In this document: one piece after another, positions 26,466-39,074 of the stretch | How positions within the stretch are numbered: the first letter of the stretch is position 1 | Layout of the letters: each line of letters starts with the position of its first letter | Assembly: GCA_963822965.1 (NCBI GenBank) | Contig: CAWGJT010000010.1 | Location: 1,120,001-1,184,000 of the forward strand | Direction: 5' to 3' | DNA length: 64,000 nucleotides | Source of the DNA: an uncultured delta proteobacterium | GTDB lineage: Bacteria; Myxococcota_A; UBA9160; UBA4427 | Position numbers and translations under genes: made by a program | Notes under the pieces: model-generated | What the model was told of the DNA's origin: nothing | Databases searched by the model: none | What the model saw: the letters and a program-made list of their open reading frames with translations, nothing else

Positions 26466-28092
26466 ATGCTCGACGCGAGCCACAACGCCGCCAGCTGGAT
26501 CGCCAAGTGGGCGGCCGTCGACGGCGAGCGTCTGGCGGTGGCCGACGACCACCGGCGGCTCTCGTACGCCGACCTCGACCACCGCATCGCCCGACTGGCG
26601 GGCTGGCTCGACACCCAGGGCGTCGCCGCGGGCGATCGCGTCGCCATCCTGGTGGGCAACCGTTCGGCCATGCTCGAGACGGTCTTCGCCGCCGCGCGCT
26701 TGGGCGCCATCGCCCTGCCCGTCAACACGCGCCTCTCGCCCCGCGAGATCCAGTTCCTGCTGGACGACGCGCGCCCCACGGCGCTGGTGCACGAGGAGCA
26801 CTTCCGCGAGCTGGCCGAGCACGCCTGCACCCTGGCCCGGGAGGCGCCGCGCGTGCGCCTCGAGGTGACCGACGAGAGCCGCCCCGCCCCGGGCTGCACC
26901 GACTACGAGGCCGCCCTCGCCGGCCATCCGCCCCTGGCCGAGGTGGCCCCGGCGAGCCCCGAAGACCCGATGATCCTGATGTACACCTCGGGCACCACGG
27001 GCCACCCGAAGGGCGCCCTGCTCCCCCACCGCAAGGCGCTCTACAACAGCCGCAACGCCGAGATCTACTTCGGCATCCAGCCGAGCGACCGGGTGCTGGT
27101 GGTGTCGCCGCTCTTCCATTCACTGGGCCTGCAGATCCTGTCGCTGCCCGTCCTCTACTGCGGCGCCGCCCTCGTCGTGCAGGCGCACTTCGACCCCGAG
27201 CGGCTGCTCGACGCCGTGGCGCGCGAGAAGATCACCTATCTCGGCGCCGTGCCCGACGGTGTACCAGCGCGTGCTCGACGCCCTCGAGGCCGCGCCCGAA
27301 GGCACCTGGGACCTGCGCTCGCTGCGCTTCCTCTTCACCGCCGGCGCCGCGGCCCCGGCCGAGCTGGTGCGCGCCTACAAGCGCCGGGGCCTGCTGCTGG
27401 TGCAGGGCTACGGGCAGACCGAGAGCTCGACCCTCACGTGCCTCGCCGCCGAGGACGCCGAGCGCAAGGCCGGCAGCGTCGGCCTGCCCGTCCACCACGC
27501 GAAGCTGCGCATCGTCTCCCTCGACACCATCGACGGACCCGTCGACGACTGGCGCGACGTGGAGTCCGGCACGGCGACGCTTCCGGCGAGAACGTCCCCG
27601 GCGAGAAGGGCGAGATCGTGGTGCGCGGCCCGATCGTGATGCTGGGCTACTGGGAGCGGCCCGAGGCCACCGCCGAAACCCTGCGCGACGGCTGGCTGCG
27701 CACGGGCGACCTGGCCACCCGCGACGAGGAGGGCTTCATCACCCTGGTGGGCCGCTCGCGCGAGATGTTCATCTCGGGCGGCGAGAACGTCTATCCCGCC
27801 GAGGTGGAGGCCAGCTACAGCGAGCACCCCGCCATCCGCGAGATCGCCGTCGTCGGCATCCCCGACCCGCGCTGGGGCGAGACCGGCCGCGCCCACGTCG
27901 TCCTCGAGCCCGGCGCCGACCGCCACCGCCGAAGAGCTAGCGACCTGGGGCAAGGAGCGCCTCGCGCGCTTCAAGCTCCCGAGCGAGTTCGTCTTCGAGA
28001 AGGAGCTGCCGAAGACGGCGTCGGGAAAGGTGCAGAAGCACCGGCTGGGCGGCGGCGACGACTCCGGTCGGGCCGGGTCGCACGGCGCGTAG
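26466..28092 (+). CDS. Acyl-CoA synthetase / AMP-binding enzyme (frameshifted)
   Basis: MYTSGTTGHPKG, QGYGQTE, WLRTGDL, ISGGENVYPAEVE, LPKTASGKVQK. Confidence 0.9.
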
Positions 28093-28488
28093 ACCCGGAG
28101 CTTCCCGAGCGGGCGCGTGCAAGCTTCCTTCTCGGCGGGACCCCGCTCGAGCCCCGGGAACCTGGGGAGAAGCCGACGAAGGCCTGCGATCGCGTCGAGA
28201 CCTAGCAAGAGGAGGATGGCCGCTTCCTGGCGGAGGTCGTCGACCCTCCCGGCGTCATGGCCTACGGGGACTGCGCCGACGCAGCACTGGCCCACACCAG
28301 GTCGTGTACGAAGACCTCACGTTCCGGCCCGGATCGCAAGGCGACCGACCCACCGGGCGCCGTTCGTCGAGTTTCGGAACCCGAGCATCCCGCACCCGAA
28401 GCTCGAGATGACCGTGGCGTTCGGTAGGCAATCACGGTGATGCGTGTCGAGAGCCTTCCCCCGGTTCGCGGCGCGTGAGGATGCCGCG

Positions 28489-28565
28489 TGGTAGCGGTGG
28501 TTGGACTTGAACCAACGACCTACGGCTTATGAAGCCGCCGCTCTAACCGACTGAGCTACACCGCC
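28489..28565 (-). tRNA. tRNA-Met (CAT), elongator type
   Basis: GGCGGTGTAGCTCAGTCGGTTAGAGCGGCGGCTTCATAAGCCGTAGGTCGTTGGTTCAAGTCCAACCACCGCTACCA: 77 nt cloverleaf, CAT anticodon, encoded CCA, G2-C71/C3-G70 pairs. Confidence 0.92.
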
Positions 28566-28677
28566 GACCGGGACTCGCGGGGCCGCTCGGGCGAGCGGCC
28601 GGGCGCGGACCGTAGCGCAGCGGTGGGGTGTTGCACGACGTGCGGCGGGGTTTCGGGGCCTGGGGGGCCGGGCGGGC

Positions 28678-29326
28678 CTACTGCGCGGGGCCGGCGACGG
28701 CCGCGGGGCCGGCGGGGGCCTCGCTGCCCACCTTGTCCGAGAGGCCTCGCAGGGCCTGCTCGAGGGCGTCCACCCGGCGCTCCAGGTCCTTCAGGGCGCG
28801 GCTGCTCGGGTAGGTGCCCGGGGTGGCCTCGGCGGCCGCGCGGTCGCTGTAGTCGTGGATCATGAAGCGGGCCACCTTGCCCACCAGGTCGTCGAGGTCG
28901 GGGATGACGTCGGCGATGCTGCCGCTGTGGACGAAGATCTCGCGCAGGGGCTCGTCCTCGCCCTGGGCGGCCGTGCCCGCGCACTGCACGTCCAGGCTGG
29001 CGCCGGTGCCGAAGCGGGTGAACGAGCCGAAGAGCACGAAGTTCGCCTGGGCCTTGCGGGCCATCTCGAGGGCCTTGTCGAGGTTGGTGGTGGCCTTGTC
29101 CGGGATCGTCGACGCGAATCACGTCGAGTCGGAGACGCGCTCGAGGCGCGAGGAGAGCATGTCGCCCAGGCCGCTGCGCAGGTAGTCCGGGTTCTCGGCG
29201 CTGTGCACCACCATGGGCAGCAGCAGCGATGCGGACCCGCTCGTCCGCCCGCGCGGAGGCCGTCGCGCAGCAGGCTGGCGCAGGCCGCGAGGGCCACGCG
29301 AGGAGCACGGTGTTCTTCGAGAGCAT
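28678..29326 (-). CDS. Exported protein with TolB-N/FlgO-like domain (frameshifted)
   Basis: Signal peptide, LPMVVHSAENPDYLRSGLGDMLSSRL, ANFVLFGSFTRFGTGASLDV. Confidence 0.6.
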
Positions 29327-29399
29327 GCTGGGCGAGGAATCCCGTTCGGGGTCAGCGCGCGCAGACCGCGCCGCATTCTTGGGCATCCCCGGGCGAGCG

Positions 29400-31100
29400 T
29401 CAAGCAAGCGCGCCACGGACCCCCGGCATCGGCCCGCCGCGCCCTTCACGGGCAGCTTGACCGTGAACGAGGAGCCCTCGCCGGGCTCGCTGCGCACCTC
29501 GATGGCGCCGCCGTGATCGGCCACGATCTGGTGGCGTGATCATCAGGCCGAGGCCCGTGCCCTGGTCGGGATCCTTCGTGGTGAAGAACGGATCGAAGAT
29601 GCGCTCGGCCACGTCCTGGCGTCATCCCGCAGCCGTTGTCGTGCACCTCGAGACACATGACGTCGCGCGGGTGGTCGCGGTCGGGCATGACATCGATGCT
29701 GACGAGGCCGCCGGGCGGCGTGGCGTGGATGGCGTTGCAGCGCCAGGTTGATGATCACCTGGTGCATGTGGTCCTTGACGGCCCGCACGGGCACGGCGCC
29801 GTCGCTCACGTGCACGCGCAGCTCGACCCGGGCTTCCTTGGCCTCGGCCTCGAGCAGCAGAGCCGCCCGGCTCGCCAGCTCGCCCAGGTCGACGGCTTCG
29901 GGCTTCAGCTCTTCCATGCCGCCCCGGGCCAGGGCCGACATCGTGGAGACCAGCCCGCGGATGCGCTCGAGCTCGGCGCAGGCCAGCTCGTGGTAGCGCC
30001 CCCAGAACTCGGGGTCGGCCTCGTTGCGCTTCTGCGGGCGCCAGGCTGAGGAAGGTGTGGATCGAGACCAGCGGGTTGTTGATCTCGTGGGCGAGACCGG
30101 CGGCCAGGGTGCCCAGGGTGCCCAGGCGATCGGCGCGCTTCACCTGCTCGCGCGTGCTGCGCAGCTTCTCGACCAGGCGGGCGTTCTCGATGGCCACCAC
30201 CAGCTGCGAGGCCAGCCCGTCGAGCAGGGTGCGCTCGTCGGCCGCCGAAGCGGCGGCTGCCGCTGCGCTGGTCCACCGCCAGGAAGCCGATCACCGCTTC
30301 TTGCTCGACCAGCGGCATCACGATGATCTCGTCGGCCGAGACCTCGGTCATCCAGCGCGCGGACGGCCGGCTCCTGGTCGTCGATGTCCTCCATCTTCAG
30401 CCACTGCACCCGGCCCTCGCGCGAGCGACTCCAGGAAGCGCGGCGCTTCGACTCCTCGGTGATCCGCATCTCCGCACCCGCTCGGCCACCTCGTCCTCGG
30501 GCGCGAAGCCCATCCAGGTGAGGTGCTCGCCGTCGCGGTCGAGCAGGCCCAGCATGGCGCCGTCGAAGCCCAGCTCGCCGTGCGCGGCGCCCAGCACGCA
30601 GCCGCACCAGGCGGTCGAGGTCGAGCTCGCGGTACAGCGATTGCGAGAGCCGGTTCAGCAGCAGCAGCTCGTCGAGCAGCGCCTGGCGCTCGCGCTCGAT
30701 CGCGTAGGTCTCGATGGCCCGGCGCAGCGTGAGCTGCATGTCCTCGGGCTCCCAGGGCTTCGCGATGTAGCGGTAGACCCGGCCGTCGTTGATGGCGTCG
30801 CTCAGGATCTGGGCGTCGCCGTAGGCGGTGACGAGCATGCGGATGCAGCGGTCGTCGATCTCGCTGGGCCGCGGCCAGGAACTCCACGCCGTTCATGCCC
30901 GGCATGCGGTAGTCGGAAAGGATGACGGCCACCGGGTTCCCCTGCAGCAGCCGCAGGGCTTCCTCGGGCGATTGGGCGCTGAGGATCGTGAACTGGCGGC
31001 GGAACGTGAGCTCGAAGATGCGGAGGTTGTCGGGCTCGTCGTCGACGTAGAGGATGGGGAATTCGCGGTGGTCCATCAGTCTCACCGGCTTGGGCTGCAT
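29400..31100 (-). CDS. Cytoplasmic REC-GAF-histidine kinase (several frameshifts; 3' end approximate)
   Basis: [20 protein letters not shown] receiver, GAF-like segment ([16 protein letters not shown]), H-box [26 protein letters not shown]. Confidence 0.88.
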
Positions 31101-31140
31101 CGCTCTCCCCTTCCCCTCACTTGCCGCCTCACTCGCACCC

Positions 31141-33949
<2,809 letters not shown>

Positions 33950-34259
33950 GAGCTGGCCATCGGCAGACCGGCGAACCCGCTTGATCCCATCAACTTCGAG
34001 GCTCGCCGCCAACCCGAGCGGACGGAATGACACCCGGCAGCAGGTCTTCAAGTGCGTCGCCGGAGCCGACCGCCGCGCCCCGCTACAAGACGGCTCCGCC
34101 TCGGTCCAGCGCCGACGGATCGGCACCAAACCTCGCATCCCGACACCTCAATCGCGAGGCTGAAAGCAGCGCCGCACTCGCGCTCCACCCTTGATTAACG
34201 CGAGGGCAGAACGACGTGTCACCGAAGCGAACTCTGGTTGCACTTACAACTGATTGTCT

Positions 34260-36695
34260 CTACATCTCCGCATCAGCGTCGATCCGCTCCGCGATTACGA
34301 CGATCGCTTGTGGCGGGTCTCCATAGCCAGATTCAGTTCGCAGAACCCGAAAGAACCGACCGTCTATCAGTTCGGCAAACTCGTCTGCGCTCCAGAAATG
34401 GAACGCGCCCGCCTCCTCGAGATCGAGGAGGCGGGCGCCGTTGCTGATAAATTCCTGCAACGGTACATCCAGACGATCAAGCTCCTCGGCCAGCCAAATC
34501 GCGCGCGCCGCTCCAGACCGCAGCTCATCAACCCCTGAGACGCAGATTCGCGAAACATCTGCATCTGGACGCATCCCCGAAGCGACGAACCGACCACCTG
34601 GCTTGACCAGTCGCGCGGCTTCCAACACAAGGAAGGCAGGATCCACAACGTAGTTCAAAAGCAACGATGCAATCACAGCGTCTGCACAACCATCCGCAAG
34701 CGGAACAGCGCCTCCCCTCGCCCCACGGTCGAGATTCGAAGCAACAAAGTCGAAACCTGTTCCTCTGTATCCCATCTGCCTGATGCGATCGCGGGCGCGC
34801 GCCAAGCCCTGCACTACCAAATCCACCCCGACTACCCGCAGCGAATCAACCTTGCCCGAGTCGATGAGCTCGACAGGAAGAGCACCCGCGCCGGACCCTA
34901 GATCAACGACCTTCGCTCCGCTCTTGAGATTGAGCCCAGCGATCTGTGCCGCCATGAGGGAACGATAGGAACTAGTGGCCGACACAAGCTCTATACCAAG
35001 GCCACCTTCGCGACCCACGAGATAGCTTCGCCAGAACTCCCGAAGGTCCTCTCTGGTCTCCCGAAGGCGCCTCCGCTCGCGTTGACGGCGCTTCCGAAGC
35101 ACCCCCTTGCTCGGCCGCACCGACGAGATGGGTCTACCCAGTGCCATCCTCCCTAATTCGACCGCAACCAGCTCAAATGCGTCAAGCGCCTCCTCACTCG
35201 CACGCATCTGGTGGCCCGTGGGGACCTCAATCAATCTACGCCTTGACGTGTCTCCAACAGACATCGCGTCCTTCACTCGATCAGGCCGCGTCCAAGCGTC
35301 ATGAGTTCCATAGATCCAAGTGATTGGGATATCGATAGTCGCCATGTCCCTGCGCGCGTCATCCAGGAACGCCATCTCGCTATCTATCGCGTCCCTAGTA
35401 GCTCGATCGACGTCCAACAGCAGACCCTGAATGTACTGGGTGCCGAACCCGAGACCGTCCAGCGCGCCCGCAAAGTAGTCAACTCCGCCGGAAACCACCT
35501 TTATCATCGACTGCGGGTCCACTGCGCCAACTATGCGATCCAGCCCGCGATCCGGCCCAATCGATCGACTGCAACCGCCCTTCGCCCCTCTACTGATGCG
35601 ATGCTGAAGGTCACGAGAAATATCGATGATGGAGCGAAGGCGGATTGCTCTAGATAGTCGATTGTCGCGTGGATATCGCGCACACCCTGCGAGAACGTGT
35701 AGTGTCGATTTTCGCCGATGGGGGGCGAGCAGCCTCGATCATTGTGAGACTCGCCTCGCTTTCTGACTCCATCGAATCGCACCACGCAGACACTCTCACC
35801 GGCCTCCTCAAAGCTCTGCAGAATTGTCTCCGCGAGCGCGACCGTCGATTCCTTCGTTCTGCCCCACGCCGGCGGAATAATCACCGCCGCCGGGCTGCGG
35901 GACACTCCAACACGGTCAACTATCGCCTTGATTCGCTCCCGTTGTGCGTTCCGGTACTCAACACTGTGGGACTCACGGGACCCAAATGCACGACGGCCCC
36001 GAGGACTTCGATTCTCAGGGGCAACCACCTTTCTCTGCTCAACGGGCGGGAGCGAACCGCGGGGACCGTGCGTCAGCAATAGCCCGATACGTCTCCAACC
36101 CCCTTGGGGCGCCGCATCCGCAAGATTTCGAACTTCCGCGTGGAGTGGCCCGGCCCCGCCGCTGATGTCGACGACCAGCCGAGCTCCCTCACCGAGATCG
36201 ACCGGCTTCTCCGCCTCGACCCCTAGACCATCGGCTGATCCATCTAATTCACACGCCGCGACCGTCTCCCCTCCCTCCATTCTCAGCCCGATTGTCCGTC
36301 TCGAAGCCTCCGCGGCACGAACACGTCGCCTTTCACGCCGCTCGTCCGGTATATGACCGAAGGAAGCGTTGTTTGAAGTTCGCCGCCTTCTTGCCTGACT
36401 AGATCGCAAGCGAAGATGTAGGAAGATCCCGAAACGCCAAGGCTGAGGAAGACCTGAGGGTGGGGTAGCGCGTCAAAGTCCTGACCGAAAGCACTAAGCG
36501 ATCCTCGCCTACGAGCTTGAGGCGTGCCCGCTCTGGTTTTGCGTGACGATTCGTGCCGCGCCGCAATTCGAGTTTCGATCGAAGAACGTTTTCGAGAAAC
36601 CGGCGGATCTCGGCTGGATCGGCAATCGCATTGCGGTTCAGGCGGCGCAGGACATCGTCGTCTATGCGATCAGGGCGGACTATTGCGTTCGCCAC
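34260..36695 (-). CDS. Multidomain PilZ + LuxD-like alpha/beta hydrolase (acyltransferase/thioesterase) + class I SAM methyltransferase (joined across frameshifts)
   Basis: ERRERRR...DGSADGLG (PilZ RxxxR and DxSxxG), VVRFDGVRKRGES, LVTFSIAS, IYGTHDAW, TGHQM (hydrolase S/D/H), VVDLGSGAG (SAM motif I). Confidence 0.7.
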
Positions 36696-36699
36696 GGGA

Positions 36700-37772
36700 T
36701 CATGTGCAGTTCGCTCGGTGGTACGGACTCCAGCGCAGTTGCCCCAATAGCTCTCAGCGGTGTCCATCCATTCTTCGAGCGCCTGTGGACTGTCAAGGAA
36801 GTGCTTCATGCTGAGGAGCAGCCAGCTATACACCGCTTGGCTATCTCGGCATCCGTCACAATTGGCCGATGCACAGCAAAAGTTCAGCGTCGTCGCATCT
36901 GGCGCGTAGGAGTTAAACCCGGGGAGGACGGGCTGGCCATTCGCAAGCCTCTCCTCATGCACATGGTTGCCCGTGCTAATGCTGGGACAAACGTCATAAC
37001 CGAACTGCGCCCAATGCGTCTTCCCCGTGATCAGGGTACGAATCGAATACGGCGTATTGATTACCGTCTCGGGATAGGCCTCTCGGACCCTCAGCAGCTC
37101 GTCCAGCAACCGGGACTCTAGACCGGCCCAGAGGATCGTCCGACCGTACTCGCTGTAGTAGTTGAAGGTCACCGCGTTGCCATTGTCTCGAATCCGGCGC
37201 ACGGTGGGCTCGATCGATCCAGGAACCGGGAGAAACCGCAAAAACGAAGGTAGCGCGGTCGTCATTTCGATAGTTCGTCAGTACACGATCGAGGAGGCCG
37301 ACAAATCGCACCCCATTGGGGCGAATCGCACGCAATGCATCATCAGCTCTCTCGCCCCCAAAGAGCGTCAGAGCAATTGCAACCCGCTCAAACCCCTCAC
37401 GCGGAAGCGCCTTCAAGCCATTCGACGAGACGGTCACATACCGCATGTGCTCGACGAATGCGCCGATGCGATCCGGATAGAGCGTCGGCTCGCCCCCGAT
37501 GAGGAGAGCCAGCGTCATGCCGCGTGCCTGGGCCTGCTCCTTGGCGAACATCCTCCAGGCCTCGACGGACTTTAGGTCGTCGGTGCGGCGGTCGAAGCCG
37601 TACTCGAAGAACCAACAGCCGTCGCAGCGCAAGTTGCAGGCCGTTCTAGGTGGTACTCAGAAGTCCGAACGCTCTTGCTGAACTCTCTCAGCCGCGCGAG
37701 ACGCTGGCCAAGCTCGCTCTCGCCGCGGAGTACCCGGCGGAGCAGATCGCGCTGGACGTTTCGGACCGACAT
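36700..37772 (-). CDS. Radical SAM protein with C-terminal Cys cluster (frameshifted)
   Basis: CNLRCDGC at about 37617-37640, GGEPTLY, VSSNG, C-terminal CCASANCDGCRD. Confidence 0.85.
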
Positions 37773-38149
37773 TCTCGGCTAATCCAGACCTCTTGCCGCT
37801 CGCTCTCCAGCCGCTGACGCTCCGGCGGCCTTCGCCACAATTGGCGACCAATTCTATTCGGCCGACCAACGCCTCCGCAAGAAGCGGGGCTAACAGTCAG
37901 ATTCTTAAGCGTTTTCTATGAGACCACGAGCTCGAGATCGACATCTCGACTGCAAGCAGCGGCCGCGCGGCGGAGGAGGTGGAGAACCTCCGCCTACAGG
38001 CGGTCGAGCCGGTTTGCTGCTGCTATCGCGGGCGCCGAAGCCAATGTAGGCAGAAGTCCGCGTCGGCCTTTCTCCCACAGCCAGGGAGCACAACCGCTAC
38101 CAAAGCAAAGCGTGGCGCAAGCGCTCCCGTACAGGTAGGTCGAGCCTAC

Positions 38150-38874
38150 TCACACCGTCGAACTGGCGATGGGAAGGCTGACCACCGCTCTCGTGCCTTG
38201 AGGTGATTGTGGGACGAGGTCAAGCTCTCCACCGAGCAAGGCCGTCAACTCCATCGCCAAAGCGAGACCGACTCCCTCGCCTGCCCCCAGCGGCCTTGTT
38301 GCACCCCAACGTGTCCTGCGCGAGCGGCGTTAAGCGCGTCGCGGCTCAGCCCGTTCCCATCGTCCTTGATCTCCAGGGACACGCCCCACTCCACGCCGTG
38401 GCGGTCACCACCACCCTCGCAAAGGGCTCCCCAGCGAGAACCCCATTGTCCAACAGATTCTCGACCACGGTGACCAGAAGCCGCGGAACCTTGACTCGCC
38501 CAAAACTCTCACTCACCTGAACCTCAATGCAACAGTTCCTACGAATCCGCACCACGTTTGCCACTGCGAGGTCCAACTGCTCGCCCCAGCTCGACCTCTC
38601 CGGTCGCAGCAGACACCATCTCGTCTTTCCCGGCCGACACAATCTGCGCCAAACTCTCCGTGACGGCGTGCGCCAGCTCTAGGATTTCACTTGCACTTCG
38701 AGATACGTCCGACGATCCGTCCCCCAGCTTCTTCGCTATCACTCGCAAGACGGCCAATTGCTTGCAGGCGTCGTGTGCATAGAGAGTCGCCGCTCGCCCC
38801 ATCGCTGCCCAGCCTCTCGTATCGAGTTCGCTTTCCTCGCGCGCGCTACGCGCGCTCTCCGCCGCATTCCGCAC
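38150..38874 (-). CDS. Small sensorless, divergent histidine kinase (HisKA-HATPase; frameshifted)
   Basis: AATLYAHDACKQL (H-box), VVENLLDNG (N box), IKDDGNG (G1), GEGVGLALAMELTALLGG (G2) across frames. Confidence 0.65.
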
Positions 38875-38939
38875 TTGGACCTCATGTGTCGCTGCGCTCC
38901 CATCGGCTATTCGACCCTTCGGTACCCGACGTCGCTATC

Positions 38940-38955
38940 AGCAAGCACCGTGCCA
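38940..38955 (-). promoter_or_regulatory. sigma54 (-24/-12) promoter, leftward
   Basis: Minus strand reads TGGCACGGTGCTTGCT, a full match to TGGCACG-N4-TTGCW, about 65 bp upstream of the small kinase start. Confidence 0.8.
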
Positions 38956-39004
38956 TCCCAGCGGATCCTCGCCCTCCCCTGGATCGCCGACGCCTCCGAC
39001 AACG

Positions 39005-39020
39005 GGGCACGGGACGTGCT
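39005..39020 (+). promoter_or_regulatory. sigma54-like (-24/-12) promoter, rightward
   Basis: GGGCACGGGACGTGCT: GG-N10-GC with the CACG core, 55 bp upstream of ATG 39075. Confidence 0.6.
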
Positions 39021-39074
39021 TCATTGGCCGAATGTGGCAACTTCATGGAGCCTCGATTTGTGGAGTCGCGGGCT

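Noticed and set aside
28489..28565. tRNA-Ile2(CAT), given nearby tilS, or tRNA as island integration site
   Set aside because: The acceptor stem GGCGGTG with G2-C71/C3-G70 fits elongator Met better. No duplicated tRNA 3' end or integrase was found.
35531..35533. TAG within the hydrolase domain as possible stop-codon readthrough or pyrrolysine
   Set aside because: The continuation (ORF ending at 35522) is in a different frame, so this is an indel rather than in-frame readthrough.
37773..38149. RiPP precursor peptide for the radical SAM enzyme
   Set aside because: Short ORFs here lack a clear RBS, leader or core pattern and look like random translation. Not fully excluded.
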